Source of the DNA: Candidatus Moraniibacteriota bacterium
GTDB lineage: Bacteria; Patescibacteriota; Minisyncoccia; Moranbacterales; UBA2206
Reading direction: 5' to 3'
NCBI GenBank assembly: GCA_013334765.1
Contig: JAAXWW010000001.1
Coordinates: 236,589 to 300,588, forward strand
DNA: 64,000 nucleotides
A model generated the notes under the pieces. The model was not told where the DNA came from. It was given only the letters and a program-made list of their open reading frames with translations, and searched no databases. This document shows positions 18,795-29,198 of the stretch, in pieces. The first letter of the stretch is position 1. Each line of letters starts with the position of its first letter. The position numbers and the translations under genes are program-made.

Positions 18795-20114
18795 ATGGAA
18801 AGGAAACTGGTTTCGGAAACTCCCGGGCTTATCGGGCAGACAATAAGGCTGGCCGGCTGGGTGCACAACAGAAGGGACCATGGCAAGCTCATTTTCATCG
18901 ATCTTCGCGACCGAAGCGGGATTCTGCAAATGGTGGTTATTCCCGACAAGGAAGAGGCATATAATGTGGCGAAAGAGCTCAGGAGCCAGTTTGTCGTGGA
19001 AATCGAAGGTTTGGTTAAGGCGCGTCCCGGCGGACAAGCCAAGGAAAGCGCTCTTGGCGGAGTCGAAATTGAGGTTTCGGGAATCAGGATCATTTCCGAT
19101 GTGAAGGAAGAGCTTCCTTTCGATGTTTCCAAGAAGGAATTGGAGCTGAATCCCAGCACGCTTTTCGATAACAGGAATCTGGCTCTTCGCAACAAGAAAG
19201 TGAACGACATATTCAAGGTCTATGCCCAGGTGCTGAAGTCGTATGGCGAAGTCATGAGGGAGAACGGGTTCATGGAAATAAAATCGCCTAAGATATTGTC
19301 GGCGGCGACTGAGGGCGGAGCGAACTTTTTCAAGATAAAATATTTCGACAGGGAGGCATATTTGGCGCAGAGCCCGCAGTTCTATAAGCAGGCCGGAGTG
19401 GGCGCTTTTGAACGGGTCTTTGAAATCGGTTCTGTTTTCAGGGCTGAGCCGCATTTCACGACCAGGCATGTCAACGAATACATAGGCATAGACGCGGAAA
19501 TGGGCTTTATCGAGAATTTTTCCGACATAATGGATCAGTTGGAGATGGTGATGAAGCGCATAATAGCGGATGTCAAAGAGAACTGCCAGGAAGAACTCAA
19601 GGAATATGAAGGAGGCGAATTCCTGGTTCCTGACAAGTTCCCGCGCATCAGGCTTGAAGAGGCACTTGAGATCCTGAAGAATGAATACGGCAAGGAATAT
19701 CTGGGAATTGATATCGATCCGGAAGGCGAGAGGCTTATCTGTGATTGGGCCAAGGAGAAGCACGGATCGGATTTCGTTTTCCTGACTCATTATCCAGTGT
19801 CCATACGGCCTTTCTATGCTATGCCGAGTCCGGATGGAAAATCGACTGAGAGTTTCGATCTGATTTTCAGGGGCGTCGAAATCGGTACTGGCGGACAAAG
19901 GATCAACCGCTATGATGATATGGTCAAGAGTATCCAAAAGCACGGCCTCAAGCCGGAAGACTTCAAGCACTATCTGGATATTTTCAAAATCGGAATGCCT
20001 CTTCATGGAGGATGGGGATTGGGTTCGGAAAGGATCGCTCAGAAGATCCTGGGACTTAAGAGCGTGAAGGAGGCTATTCTTTTCCCGCGAGACGTCAAAA
20101 GGCTGACGCCGTAG
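18795..20114 (+). CDS. aspS: Aspartate--tRNA ligase, short archaeal-type (probably non-discriminating)
   Basis: OB anticodon domain, EGGA, LAQSPQFYKQ, FRAE, GGQRI, GLGSER; 439 aa, too short to hold a GAD insertion. Confidence 0.92.
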   Translation: MERKLVSETPGLIGQTIRLAGWVHNRRDHGKLIFIDLRDRSGILQMVVIPDKEEAYNVAKELRSQFVVEIEGLVKARPGGQAKESALGGVEIEVSGIRIISDVKEELPFDVSKKELELNPSTLFDNRNLALRNKKVNDIFKVYAQVLKSYGEVMRENGFMEIKSPKILSAATEGGANFFKIKYFDREAYLAQSPQFYKQAGVGAFERVFEIGSVFRAEPHFTTRHVNEYIGIDAEMGFIENFSDIMDQLEMVMKRIIADVKENCQEELKEYEGGEFLVPDKFPRIRLEEALEILKNEYGKEYLGIDIDPEGERLICDWAKEKHGSDFVFLTHYPVSIRPFYAMPSPDGKSTESFDLIFRGVEIGTGGQRINRYDDMVKSIQKHGLKPEDFKHYLDIFKIGMPLHGGWGLGSERIAQKILGLKSVKEAILFPRDVKRLTP

Positions 20115-20136
20115 GAGATAAAAATAAAAACCGGAC

Positions 20137-21315
20137 ATGCAAAAACACAAAGAGTTTTTGGACAGGAAAAGGATCAGGATCATCAACCTGGTAACCATGA
20201 TGATGGGATTTTCCCAGGCGATTTTGGCTTATGTCATGTCGACCTATTTCAAAAAGGCTTCCGGCACTGAAAATGTCGGGCCTTTTTATTTTATTTCCTA
20301 TGCCATCCTACTGATCCTTCTTCTCAATCTGCACAAGCTGGTGCGCATCATGGGCAAGATCAACGTCTTCATCCTTTCGGTTTTCTTCAATATCATATTC
20401 ATCGCTCTTCTTGCGAATATCGTGCCGTCATATCTGGGGATGTTCATCCTGATGCTCTATGTCATTTCATCCGGACTCGAATGGGTGGCAATGGATGCCG
20501 TTTTGGAATCGTATTCGACGGATGGCGAATCCGGAAGGATACGCGGGAAGCATCTGATGATCCTGAATATCGGTTTCTTGCTCGGGCCTTTCATTTCCAC
20601 GCGGCTCTTGGAACAGTTCAGTTTTCAAGGGGTATTCATATTCCTCCTTTTCTTCAATTCCCTGATGTTCATCTATACGCTTATCAAGCTGCGCGGATCC
20701 AATGAGAAATTCGAGAAGGAAATAAGGGTTAGGGATGTCATAAGGAAAGTCATGAAGAGGAAAGACCTGTTCCATATCTATTATATATCCTTTGCCTTGG
20801 AATTTTTTTATGCCCTCATGGTCATATATACGCCGATCTATCTTCTGGACAGGGGCCTGGATTGGAATCAGATCGGTCTCATTTTCACGGCGATGCTGAT
20901 TCCGTTCGTTATCGTCCAATATCCGGCAGGCGTTCTGGCTGACAGGAAATGGGGCGAAAAGAAGATGCTTGCTGCGGCAGTCTTTTTCATGGGGATTTTC
21001 ACATTGCTTGCTTTTTTCATCCATTCGAAAAGCGTCCTCATCTGGTCGCTGGTCCTTTTCGGCACGCGTATCGGGGCGGCCCTTATCGAGGTTCTTCGCG
21101 ATTCGTATTTCTATCGTCTCATCGATGGCGAGGATGTTGATCTTATCAATTTTTTCAGGACTTCCATGCCCATAGCCTTCATTCTGGGTTCCGTCCTGTC
21201 GTTCCTTCTCCTGCTGTTTTTTCCGGTGAAAGCGGTGTTCATTCTTGTAGCCGCTGTCTCCTTGTCCGCCCTTGTTCCCGCGCTTTCCCTAAAGGACAAC
21301 AGGCCGCGCAAATAG
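20137..21315 (+). CDS. MFS transporter
   Basis: About 12 TM helices; AGVLADRKWGEKK loop motif. Confidence 0.88.
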   Translation: MQKHKEFLDRKRIRIINLVTMMMGFSQAILAYVMSTYFKKASGTENVGPFYFISYAILLILLLNLHKLVRIMGKINVFILSVFFNIIFIALLANIVPSYLGMFILMLYVISSGLEWVAMDAVLESYSTDGESGRIRGKHLMILNIGFLLGPFISTRLLEQFSFQGVFIFLLFFNSLMFIYTLIKLRGSNEKFEKEIRVRDVIRKVMKRKDLFHIYYISFALEFFYALMVIYTPIYLLDRGLDWNQIGLIFTAMLIPFVIVQYPAGVLADRKWGEKKMLAAAVFFMGIFTLLAFFIHSKSVLIWSLVLFGTRIGAALIEVLRDSYFYRLIDGEDVDLINFFRTSMPIAFILGSVLSFLLLLFFPVKAVFILVAAVSLSALVPALSLKDNRPRK

Positions 21316-21376
21316 TTTGTAAATCCAGAAAAAAATGATAGAATGAGAGGCAGGTCAGGTAAGATTTAAGGGAAAC

Positions 21377-22084
21377 ATGGTGTATAACGTCAAACTTGAA
21401 AAATTCGAAGGCCCGATGGACCTCCTTCTTGAGCTTATTGAAAAAGAGAAGCTGGACGTCACGGAATTGAGCCTTGCGAAAATCACTGACCAATACCTGG
21501 AGCATATAAGGGGGAATGAGGATATCCGCCTTGGCAATCTGGCTGATTTCCTGTCGGTCGCTGCCAAGCTGATCCTTATAAAATCCAGGGCTATCCTGCC
21601 GTCGCTCCGGTTCACTGATGAGGAAGAGAAGGAAATCGGCGATCTGACTCACCAGATCGAGGAATACAAGAAATTCAAGGAAGCGTCGATTGAAATCGGA
21701 AAGCTCTTCAAACTCAGCAGGTTTTGTTTTTCGCGTTCGGGATTCCTGGGCGTGAAATCGGTTTTCTATCCGCCGGAGGGTATCAATGCCTATGATCTCA
21801 AGAAATATTTCCTAAAGGTCGTTTTGGAGATTCCGATAATCGAAAAGCTCCAAGAAGAAGTGGTCAGGGAGATCGTGACGCTTGAGGATCGGATCGCGGA
21901 TCTCGAGGTGACGATCAGGAAGAAAGTGGAAACGTCCTTTTTCGAGATAACGGCCAATGCTGAAGACAAGGTGGACGTGATCATCTCCTTTCTGGCGATG
22001 CTTGAAATGGTGAAGCAGAGAGTGATAGATGTGGAGCAGAACGAGCTGTTCAATGACATACGCCTGAATATGAAATCCGCATAG
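21377..22084 (+). CDS. scpA: Segregation and condensation protein A
   Basis: FEGPMDLLLELI, AAKLILIKSR, FLAMLEM. Confidence 0.96.
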   Translation: MVYNVKLEKFEGPMDLLLELIEKEKLDVTELSLAKITDQYLEHIRGNEDIRLGNLADFLSVAAKLILIKSRAILPSLRFTDEEEKEIGDLTHQIEEYKKFKEASIEIGKLFKLSRFCFSRSGFLGVKSVFYPPEGINAYDLKKYFLKVVLEIPIIEKLQEEVVREIVTLEDRIADLEVTIRKKVETSFFEITANAEDKVDVIISFLAMLEMVKQRVIDVEQNELFNDIRLNMKSA

Positions 22085-22118
22085 GCGGGTTTCCATCTTA
22101 ATTCATAAGTATATCGAA

Positions 22119-22724
22119 GTGGATCAAAAGAAATTGAAATCGATAATCGAAAGCATTTTATTCATAAGCGGTGAGCCGCTGTCGCTTTCGCGCATCTCGA
22201 AAGTTACTGGCGCTTCGGAAGAGGAAATCGAAACGGCTCTTGGATTTGTCGTTGAGGATTATTCCGATGGAAGAGGGGTAGTTGTCATAAGGAAAGAGGA
22301 CAAGGTGGAGATGGCGACCAGTCCGGAAAACGCGGAGATCATTTCCGAGCTGGTGAAAAGCGAGATTCAGGAGAACCTCAGTCCGGCGGCATTGGAAGTC
22401 TTGTCGATCATCGCTTATCGTGGTCCGATTGCGCGCGTTGAGATCGAGTCTATCCGCGGGGTCAACTGCAGCTTCACTTTGCGTTCGCTGCTGATGCGTT
22501 CTCTTATTGAGAGAGTGGATAATCCGAAAGACAGCCGGGGATATCTGTATAAGATTTCTTTCCAATTCCTGGAAAGCCTGGGTATGCCGAGCGTTGAAAA
22601 ATTGCCTGATTTCGATAATCTGAGCAAGGACACCAGGATTGAAAGCGTTTTGGTGAAAGAAGAAGATGGGAAAGCGCCGAACGCTGAAACGGTTATGGAA
22701 AATATTGCTGATGAGAGTAAATAG
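22119..22724 (+). CDS. scpB: Segregation and condensation protein B
   Basis: IESILF, LSPAALEVLSIIAYRGP, IRGVN; GTG start. Confidence 0.96.
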   Translation: MDQKKLKSIIESILFISGEPLSLSRISKVTGASEEEIETALGFVVEDYSDGRGVVVIRKEDKVEMATSPENAEIISELVKSEIQENLSPAALEVLSIIAYRGPIARVEIESIRGVNCSFTLRSLLMRSLIERVDNPKDSRGYLYKISFQFLESLGMPSVEKLPDFDNLSKDTRIESVLVKEEDGKAPNAETVMENIADESK

Positions 22725-22746
22725 GCGATATGATTGGCTGATGACC

Positions 22747-22901
22747 AGGCGAAGGAGAGGAAATTCAAAGGAACCAAACTCGAATACTCCGTTTTCTTTC
22801 CAAAATATTCACGCCTCTGATTCGTCGGTATGCCTCAGAAAATTTTGGAGAAAATGGGCATTCTCAGACAGTGTTTCCTTCGAATTTCCTCTCCTTCGCC
22901 T
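22747..22901 (+). repeat. Family B rod-like palindrome, copy 1
   Basis: AGGCGAAGGAGAGGAAATTC...GAATTTCCTCTCCTTCGCCT arms; core AACTCGAAT...ATTCTCAGACAG shared with 25159-25313. Confidence 0.88.
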
Positions 22902-22934
22902 TAGCTGTATTATTCTATAGATTTAAAAATACCA

Positions 22935-23966
22935 ATGCTGAATCTGATAATTACAATCCTAGCCGTTCCGTTCCTGCCGGCTTTTTTCTATGGCAATGCC
23001 GCGAATGGCATAAGCCAGCAGGATAGCGCCAGCACCGTTGTCATTGAGAATGACGATTCCAAAGTTCTTGGAGAGGCAAGCGAATCCGGCGCGGTGTGCG
23101 GCAACATCCAGAAGCAGAATCTTTTTCCGATCGAAGCCGACGGATTGGTGCCGAGAAGAGTGAAGGGATCTCCTGATATGATGGTCTGGGCCGGATCGGC
23201 CGTTTCCATAGATGCTGACACGGGAACGATCCTCTATTATGATAATGGCAGGAAGAGGACGCAGATCGCGTCGCTCACGAAACTGATGACGGCGATGCTG
23301 GTTATTGATAATATAAAGGATCTCAACGAGCCGGTCACCATAACGAAAGAGGCGATGATGGTTCCGGCGACGATTGTCGGATGTCCGACAAGCACGCTTT
23401 GCAACAGCAACCGGATGTATACCGGAGAGAAGGTGCGCGCGATAGACCTTCTGAAAGTCATGCTCTTGAACAGTGCCAATGATGCGGCGACGGCACTCGG
23501 GGTTCAGGTGGCCGGATCGACTGAGAAGTTCGCCAAGATGATGAATGATAAGGCTGATGAGATGGGGCTGGTGGATACGCATTTCTGCACGCCCTCGGGG
23601 CTGGAAATAGACGGGCATGAAGATGAGTGCTATTCGTCAGCCTATGACATCGCAAGGATCGGAGTGGCGTCGCTTGGCTATGACCTTATCTGGCAGATAA
23701 TGAAGATACCGGAAGGCGTTTTCTATTCCGCGGACGGCAAATACATGCATCAGATGAAGAACACGGACGCGTTTCTGGGAAATATGTCGAATTGCCTAGG
23801 CGCGAAAACAGGGTTCACTCCTTTGGCTGGGAAGTCGCTGCTTCTGGCTACGGTCGATCCGACGGGGAAGCACAAGGTGGTCTCGGTCCTTCTCAACGAC
23901 GAGAACCGCTGGGAGGATATGCGTTCATTGGTGGACTGGGCATATGGAAGCTATGAGTGGAAATAA
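22935..23966 (+). CDS. D-alanyl-D-alanine carboxypeptidase (peptidase S11)
   Basis: Signal peptide, ASLTK (SxxK), SAN, KTGFT. Confidence 0.93.
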   Translation: MLNLIITILAVPFLPAFFYGNAANGISQQDSASTVVIENDDSKVLGEASESGAVCGNIQKQNLFPIEADGLVPRRVKGSPDMMVWAGSAVSIDADTGTILYYDNGRKRTQIASLTKLMTAMLVIDNIKDLNEPVTITKEAMMVPATIVGCPTSTLCNSNRMYTGEKVRAIDLLKVMLLNSANDAATALGVQVAGSTEKFAKMMNDKADEMGLVDTHFCTPSGLEIDGHEDECYSSAYDIARIGVASLGYDLIWQIMKIPEGVFYSADGKYMHQMKNTDAFLGNMSNCLGAKTGFTPLAGKSLLLATVDPTGKHKVVSVLLNDENRWEDMRSLVDWAYGSYEWK

Positions 23967-24036
23967 TTTATCATATAAAGAACGGGGTATGAAGCATGGA
24001 GCGGTATCCGATTATGTTTCCTGCCACGCATAAGCT

Positions 24037-25143
24037 ATGGAATTTTCTCAGGTGCAAACCATTCCGGTGGTGATGAATATCATGAAGGTTCTTCTGACGG
24101 GGTTCCTGGCTTTCATCATAGCCTTTTTCCTTACGCCCCTCATGACGCATTTCCTGTATAAATACAGGATAGGCATAAAGATAAAGAAAACGGATGTTAA
24201 TGGTGAGAAGCTGACCTATGTCAGCCAGCTTCATCAGCATAAGGCCAATACTCCCGTCATGGGAGGGATTCTGGTCTGGTTCACTGTGATGATATTGGTT
24301 TTCGCTTCGCATTATCTATTTCCGATCCTGGCTGGATGGTGGGATATGAACTTTTTGGCCAGGCTTGATTTTTTGAGCCGCAAACAGGTATGGCTTCCTC
24401 TTTTTGCTCTCGTTTCAGCCGGAATACTCGGGCTTTGCGATGATTTCGCGAGCGTTAAGGGGCTTGGGAAGAACAAAGGGGGCGGAATAAGGTTTTTGAC
24501 CCGTTTCGGATGGCTTATCCTTATTTCGGGCCTAGGCGCCTGGTGGTTTTATTATAAGCTCGGGTGGGACAGGATCCATATCCCGGCTATCGGCGATTTC
24601 AGTATCGGGCTGTGGTATATCCCGCTTTTCATGTTCGTCATCCTTTTTGCGGCTATTTCTTCCAATGAGACGGACGGGCTGGATGGTCTCAATGGAGGGA
24701 TCCTGCTTATCGCCTTCGCTTCGTTCGGAATAATATCGTTCGTCGGCAATAAGCTTGATCTGGCGGCTTTCTGTGCCGCGATTTCGGGCGCTCTTCTGGC
24801 ATTCCTTTGGTTCAATGTCTATCCGGCGCGCTTTTTCATGGGGGATACGGGAGCGATATCGCTCGGCGCGACTCTCGGGGTGGTTGCTATGATCACTAAT
24901 TCCGCGCTCATACTTTTCATCATAGTTTTCGTGTATATCATTGAATCCATGTCTGTTGTCATACAGCTTGGATCCAAGAAATTCTTCAAGAGGAAGGTTT
25001 TTCTGGCGGCCCCGATCCATCATCATTTCGAAGCCAAAGGCTGGCCGGAGACCAAAGTGACTATGCGAGCATGGATACTTACGTTGGTTTTCGCGCTGGT
25101 AGGGGTTATAATAGGGATATTGGGAATGGGCAAGTGGAAATAA
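24037..25143 (+). CDS. mraY: Phospho-N-acetylmuramoyl-pentapeptide transferase
   Basis: TPVMGG, DD, NETDGLDGL, FMGDTG, APIHHHFE. Confidence 0.97.
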   Translation: MEFSQVQTIPVVMNIMKVLLTGFLAFIIAFFLTPLMTHFLYKYRIGIKIKKTDVNGEKLTYVSQLHQHKANTPVMGGILVWFTVMILVFASHYLFPILAGWWDMNFLARLDFLSRKQVWLPLFALVSAGILGLCDDFASVKGLGKNKGGGIRFLTRFGWLILISGLGAWWFYYKLGWDRIHIPAIGDFSIGLWYIPLFMFVILFAAISSNETDGLDGLNGGILLIAFASFGIISFVGNKLDLAAFCAAISGALLAFLWFNVYPARFFMGDTGAISLGATLGVVAMITNSALILFIIVFVYIIESMSVVIQLGSKKFFKRKVFLAAPIHHHFEAKGWPETKVTMRAWILTLVFALVGVIIGILGMGKWK

Positions 25144-25158
25144 TCAAGTGTGCCAGGC

Positions 25159-25313
25159 GGCAAACCGGATGAGATTTCAAAAGAACCAAACTCGAATGCT
25201 CGGTTTTCTTCTCAAAATATTCACGCCTCTGAATCGTTAGCATGCCTCGGAATATTTTGAAGAAAACCGGCATTCTCAAACAGTGTTTCTTTTGAAATCT
25301 CACCCAGTTTGCC
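25159..25313 (+). repeat. Family B rod-like palindrome, copy 2
   Basis: GGCAAACCGGATGAGATTTCAAAAGAA...TTCTTTTGAAATCTCACCCAGTTTGCC; core matches copy 1. Confidence 0.88.
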
Positions 25314-25337
25314 TAATAACTAAAAATAAAAAAAACT

Positions 25338-26375
25338 ATGTTAAGAAGAATACAGGATGCTGATGTTGCGAATAAGAAAGTGCTGGTGAGGGTTGATTTC
25401 AACGCGGCGCTTGAAAACGAGGATGTGAAGGAGACATTCAAGGTTGCGGCAGCGAAGGAGACTGTCGATTATCTTCTTTCGAAAAATGCCAAGGTGGCGA
25501 TGATAACCCATTTGGGCAGGCCGGATGGCAAGGCTGTTCCGGAATTGTCACTGGGACAGATCAGGGATGATGCTGAGAGGATCCTTGGGATCAGGACTGC
25601 TTTTGTTCCCGACTGCATCGGGGAAAAAGTCGGTGAGGCTATGGATGCTCTTGGGTTCGGTGAGACATTGCTTTTGGAAAACGTGCGATTCTATGACGGC
25701 GATGAAAAAAACGATCCTGAGTTTGCCGGAAAGCTGGCTCAGAATTTCGATATCTTCATAAACGACGCTTTTTCGGCATCGCATCGCGATCATGCTTCCG
25801 TTTCGGGGATAGCCAGGATTTTGCCGAGTTTTGCCGGATTGAGGCTTCAGAAAGAAGTCGAAGAAATGGAAAAGGTGAAGGAGGGATTCTCTCGGCCGGC
25901 AGTCGCGATCATCGGCGGCGCTAAAATCGAAACCAAACTTCCGGTCATCGAGTTTTTCGAGGAAAAATATGACAATGTATTGGTCGGTGGAAAGATTGCC
26001 AATGAGGCGATCGATCAGAAGCTGGAATTTTCGGAGAAAGTGGTTTTGCCGGCGGATTTCGTGGATGACCGCTTGGATATCGGCCCCGACACGCTTTTGC
26101 GCTTCAAGGAAATCGTCCTTGGCGCCAAGACGATTGTCTGGAACGGTCCGACTGGAAAATTCGAGGATGAGAAATATGCGGTGAGTTCCAATGAGATACT
26201 CAACGCGGTTATTGCAAGCGGAGCTTATTCCCTGATTGGCGGAGGCGAGACGCTCGAAATTCTTGAAAAGAACGATGCGATGGGTAAGGTGAGTTTCGTT
26301 TCGACTGGAGGAGGAGCGATGCTTGATTATCTCGGCGGAGCGCCCATGCCGGGGATTGAGGTGTTGGAATCCTAG
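25338..26375 (+). CDS. pgk: Phosphoglycerate kinase
   Basis: RVDFN, HLGRP, LLENVRF, GGAK, DIGP, WNGP, STGGGA. Confidence 0.97.
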   Translation: MLRRIQDADVANKKVLVRVDFNAALENEDVKETFKVAAAKETVDYLLSKNAKVAMITHLGRPDGKAVPELSLGQIRDDAERILGIRTAFVPDCIGEKVGEAMDALGFGETLLLENVRFYDGDEKNDPEFAGKLAQNFDIFINDAFSASHRDHASVSGIARILPSFAGLRLQKEVEEMEKVKEGFSRPAVAIIGGAKIETKLPVIEFFEEKYDNVLVGGKIANEAIDQKLEFSEKVVLPADFVDDRLDIGPDTLLRFKEIVLGAKTIVWNGPTGKFEDEKYAVSSNEILNAVIASGAYSLIGGGETLEILEKNDAMGKVSFVSTGGGAMLDYLGGAPMPGIEVLES

Positions 26376-26392
26376 CTTTTTCAGTATCTGGC

Positions 26393-26548
26393 GGCGAGGG
26401 GATTTATTATTTCTGAATGAACTCACCTGTCTGAGAACGCGCATTTTTTCAAAAATATTCCACCGGATGCCGTCGATTGAGGGAATATTTTTGAATAAAA
26501 AATGCGACGTTCGAGTCAGTTCATTCAGAAATAATAAATCCCCTCGCC
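26393..26548 (-). repeat. Family B rod-like palindrome, copy 3 (reverse orientation)
   Basis: GGCGAGGGGATTTATTATTTCTGAATGAACT perfect inverted arms; reverse-complement core matches 47517-47670. Confidence 0.88.
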
Positions 26549-26591
26549 TAGTATTAAAATGTAAAATGTAAGAATTTAACGAATAAATAAT

Positions 26592-27848
26592 ATGAGCAAA
26601 ATAAAAAAAATATTCGCGCGTGAGATTCTGGATTCGAGGGGCAATCCTACGGTGGAAGTTGAGATGGAATTGGAGAGCGGATTGAGCGCGACAGCGGCTG
26701 TGCCGTCGGGAGCTTCGACCGGATCGCATGAAGCGCTTGAGCTTCGCGACAATGATCCGAAAAGATATCACGGCCTGGGAGTCATCCAGGCGGTCAAGAA
26801 CGTGAACACGAAAATCCAGAAGGCGATTGTGGGAATGGAAGTTTCGATGCAAGCCGAGATCGACAAGGCGATGATCGATCTTGACGGCACGGAAAACAAA
26901 TCGAAACTCGGAGCCAATGCGATTTTGGGCGTGTCTCTGGCAGCGGCGCGCGTGGCGGCTATGGAGAAAAAGGTGCCGCTTTACGAATATATCGCAGTCC
27001 TTTATGGCGAAACTCCGAAAAAGTTCAAGACCCCGATCCCGATGTTCAACGTGATAAACGGCGGAGCGCACAGCGATTCCGGCCTTTCGATCCAGGAATT
27101 CAAGATCGTGCCACACGGAATAAAGAAATTCAAAGAGCAGCTCCGGGCTGGAAGCGAAGTTTTTCATGAGCTCAAAAAGCTCTTGGCTTCTGAAGGATAT
27201 TCTGTCGGTGTGGGGGACGAGGGAGGATTCGCGCCGCGCCTTGAAAGCAATGCCAAAGCGTTGGAATTCATCAATCTTGCGATTGAGAATGCGGGATATG
27301 AGAAAGGCAAGCAGGTGGCGATCGGACTCGACGCGGCTGCTAGCGGGTTCTATAACGAGCAGGAAGGCCAGTATGTGTTCAAGCCGGAGAACGCTCCGCT
27401 GACGCGGGAGATGCTGGTGAATATATATAACGAGTGGATCGATAAGTATAACGTGATTTCGGTCGAAGACGGATTGTTCGAGGACGATTGGGAGGGATGG
27501 CACGCCATGGAGGAGAAAATCGGGAAAAGGGTGATGTCTATCGGGGACGATCTTCTGGTGACGAATGTGAAACGGGTCAAGAAAGCGATCGAAGAAAAAG
27601 CATGCAACGCGGTTCTCATCAAGGTGAATCAGATTGGAACGCTCACGGAGACATTGGATTGTATGCGGCTTGCCAAGAAGAACAAGATGAAGCGGGTGAT
27701 GTCGCACCGCTCGGGAGAAACGACCGATGACTTCATTTCTGATCTCGCTGTCGGAGCGGGTGCTGAATATATGAAGTCGGGCTCGCTTTCCAGAGGCGAA
27801 AGGATCTGCAAATACAACAGGCTTTTGAGGATTGAGGAGAAGATATAG
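26592..27848 (+). CDS. eno: Enolase
   Basis: DSRGNPTVE, VPSGASTG, GDEGGFAP, KVNQIG, SHRSGET. Confidence 0.99.
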   Translation: MSKIKKIFAREILDSRGNPTVEVEMELESGLSATAAVPSGASTGSHEALELRDNDPKRYHGLGVIQAVKNVNTKIQKAIVGMEVSMQAEIDKAMIDLDGTENKSKLGANAILGVSLAAARVAAMEKKVPLYEYIAVLYGETPKKFKTPIPMFNVINGGAHSDSGLSIQEFKIVPHGIKKFKEQLRAGSEVFHELKKLLASEGYSVGVGDEGGFAPRLESNAKALEFINLAIENAGYEKGKQVAIGLDAAASGFYNEQEGQYVFKPENAPLTREMLVNIYNEWIDKYNVISVEDGLFEDDWEGWHAMEEKIGKRVMSIGDDLLVTNVKRVKKAIEEKACNAVLIKVNQIGTLTETLDCMRLAKKNKMKRVMSHRSGETTDDFISDLAVGAGAEYMKSGSLSRGERICKYNRLLRIEEKI

Positions 27849-27857
27849 GCAAAAGAA

Positions 27858-27891
27858 AATCGCCGCCAGTCCGTTTGGATTGGCGGCGATT
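27858..27891. terminator. Terminator hairpin between eno and a convergent small ORF
   Basis: AATCGCCGCCA-GTCCGTTTGGAT-TGGCGGCGATT with an A-run on the left. Confidence 0.7.
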
Positions 27892-27929
27892 GTGGAAGCC
27901 CCATCTTTAACATTGATCACCTTCTCATT

Positions 27930-28040
27930 TTAGGGGAGAAACATCGGAATAAGGAAAAGGGCGACCAATCCCAGGATGGTTAAGCCTATCAGCCTAACAG
28001 TAGACATGGCCGATGATGCTATCATTCCGAACATGTTCAT
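27930..28040 (-). CDS. Putative 36-aa single-TM small protein
   Basis: MNMFGMIASSAMSTVRLIGLTILGLVALFLIPMFLP; GGAGG SD upstream; terminator downstream; below the ORF-track cutoff. Confidence 0.5.
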   Translation of the reverse strand: MNMFGMIASSAMSTVRLIGLTILGLVALFLIPMFLP

Positions 28041-28130
28041 GATACGCCTCCGGTTGATAGGTTCGAAAGAACTCCTCCTGCTTGGATTGTGACTCCATAT
28101 TGTCATAAAGTCAATTTTAAGAATAACATC

Positions 28131-29111
28131 ATGTCAAAAATCATCTGCATCGGTTCGGTCTGCAAGGATATCTTCTTTCCTACTTCGGAAGGGACGATAA
28201 TCGATACTCCGGACGATATCCTGAGCCAGAAGAAAATCGCTTTCGAGCTGGGAGCGAAATACAAGATAGGTGAGAGGTTCGAGACGATTGGAGGATGCGC
28301 CGGGAATGTGGCAGTCGGCCTTTCGAGGCTCGGGGTGGAATCTTCCTGTTATGGGATTATCGGAGGGGACGAGTCCGGAACCTGGATAAAGGATCAGCTT
28401 GAGAAAAACGGCGTAGGTACGGAGCTTATCGAGATCCTTTCCGATAGTCAGAGCGATATGTCAGCCATAATCATCGATTCAAGGAGCGCTGACAGGGTCA
28501 TCTTTTCCAATCAGAAAGCCAATGGCGAGCTCATTGTCGACAAGGGCAAGATAGATGATGCTGAGTGGATTTTCATCGGCGATCTGCATGGGGAGTGGGA
28601 AGACAATCTGGACAGGATTTTTGAAGATGCCAAGGATAATGGGATGAAGATAGCTTTCAATCCGCGCCAGAGCAATATCCATGACAATCCGAAGAAGATC
28701 TTGGATTGCATCCGGGGAGCGGAGGTGCTGATTCTCAATAAGGATGAATCAATGGAACTTGTCTCGGCATTGGGTGAAAGCATTCCCAAAGAGGATCTGG
28801 AAAGTGAGGATTTCCTGGTTAGGAAATTCTTGGATCTCGGCGCCAAGGTCGCCGTCCTGACTGACGGGGAAAGGGGCGGCTGGGCTTCTGATGGCGGGGA
28901 TGTCCTGCATGTTGCGGCTCGCAATGCTGAAGCGGTCGACTCGACGGGAGCGGGAGACGCGTGTGCCAGCGCGTATCTGGCGGCTCACATGAAAGGAAAG
29001 GGATTGGAGGAATGCCTTCGGTGGGGAATCCGGAACGGAGCGAGCGTGGTTGAACACTATGGAGCGATCGAAGGGCTTTTGGATGAGGAGAAGATTTCAT
29101 CATTGGAATAG
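28131..29111 (+). CDS. PfkB-family carbohydrate kinase
   Basis: GGCAGNVAVGLSRLG, NKDE, TDGERG, DSTGAGD. Confidence 0.92.
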   Translation: MSKIICIGSVCKDIFFPTSEGTIIDTPDDILSQKKIAFELGAKYKIGERFETIGGCAGNVAVGLSRLGVESSCYGIIGGDESGTWIKDQLEKNGVGTELIEILSDSQSDMSAIIIDSRSADRVIFSNQKANGELIVDKGKIDDAEWIFIGDLHGEWEDNLDRIFEDAKDNGMKIAFNPRQSNIHDNPKKILDCIRGAEVLILNKDESMELVSALGESIPKEDLESEDFLVRKFLDLGAKVAVLTDGERGGWASDGGDVLHVAARNAEAVDSTGAGDACASAYLAAHMKGKGLEECLRWGIRNGASVVEHYGAIEGLLDEEKISSLE

Positions 29112-29198
29112 CCAGCCTTTCTGAATCAGGGCTTGCTTGCTTGCATACGGCAACTAATGTTCCGGCCTGTCAGTTTATATACTAAATACAAAAAATAT

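Noticed and set aside
25548-27920. 790-aa minus-strand ORF and other long antisense ORFs (18705-20198, 44006-45118, 57072-58016)
   Set aside because: Antisense shadows of pgk/eno, aspS, porA and dnaK with no recognisable motifs.
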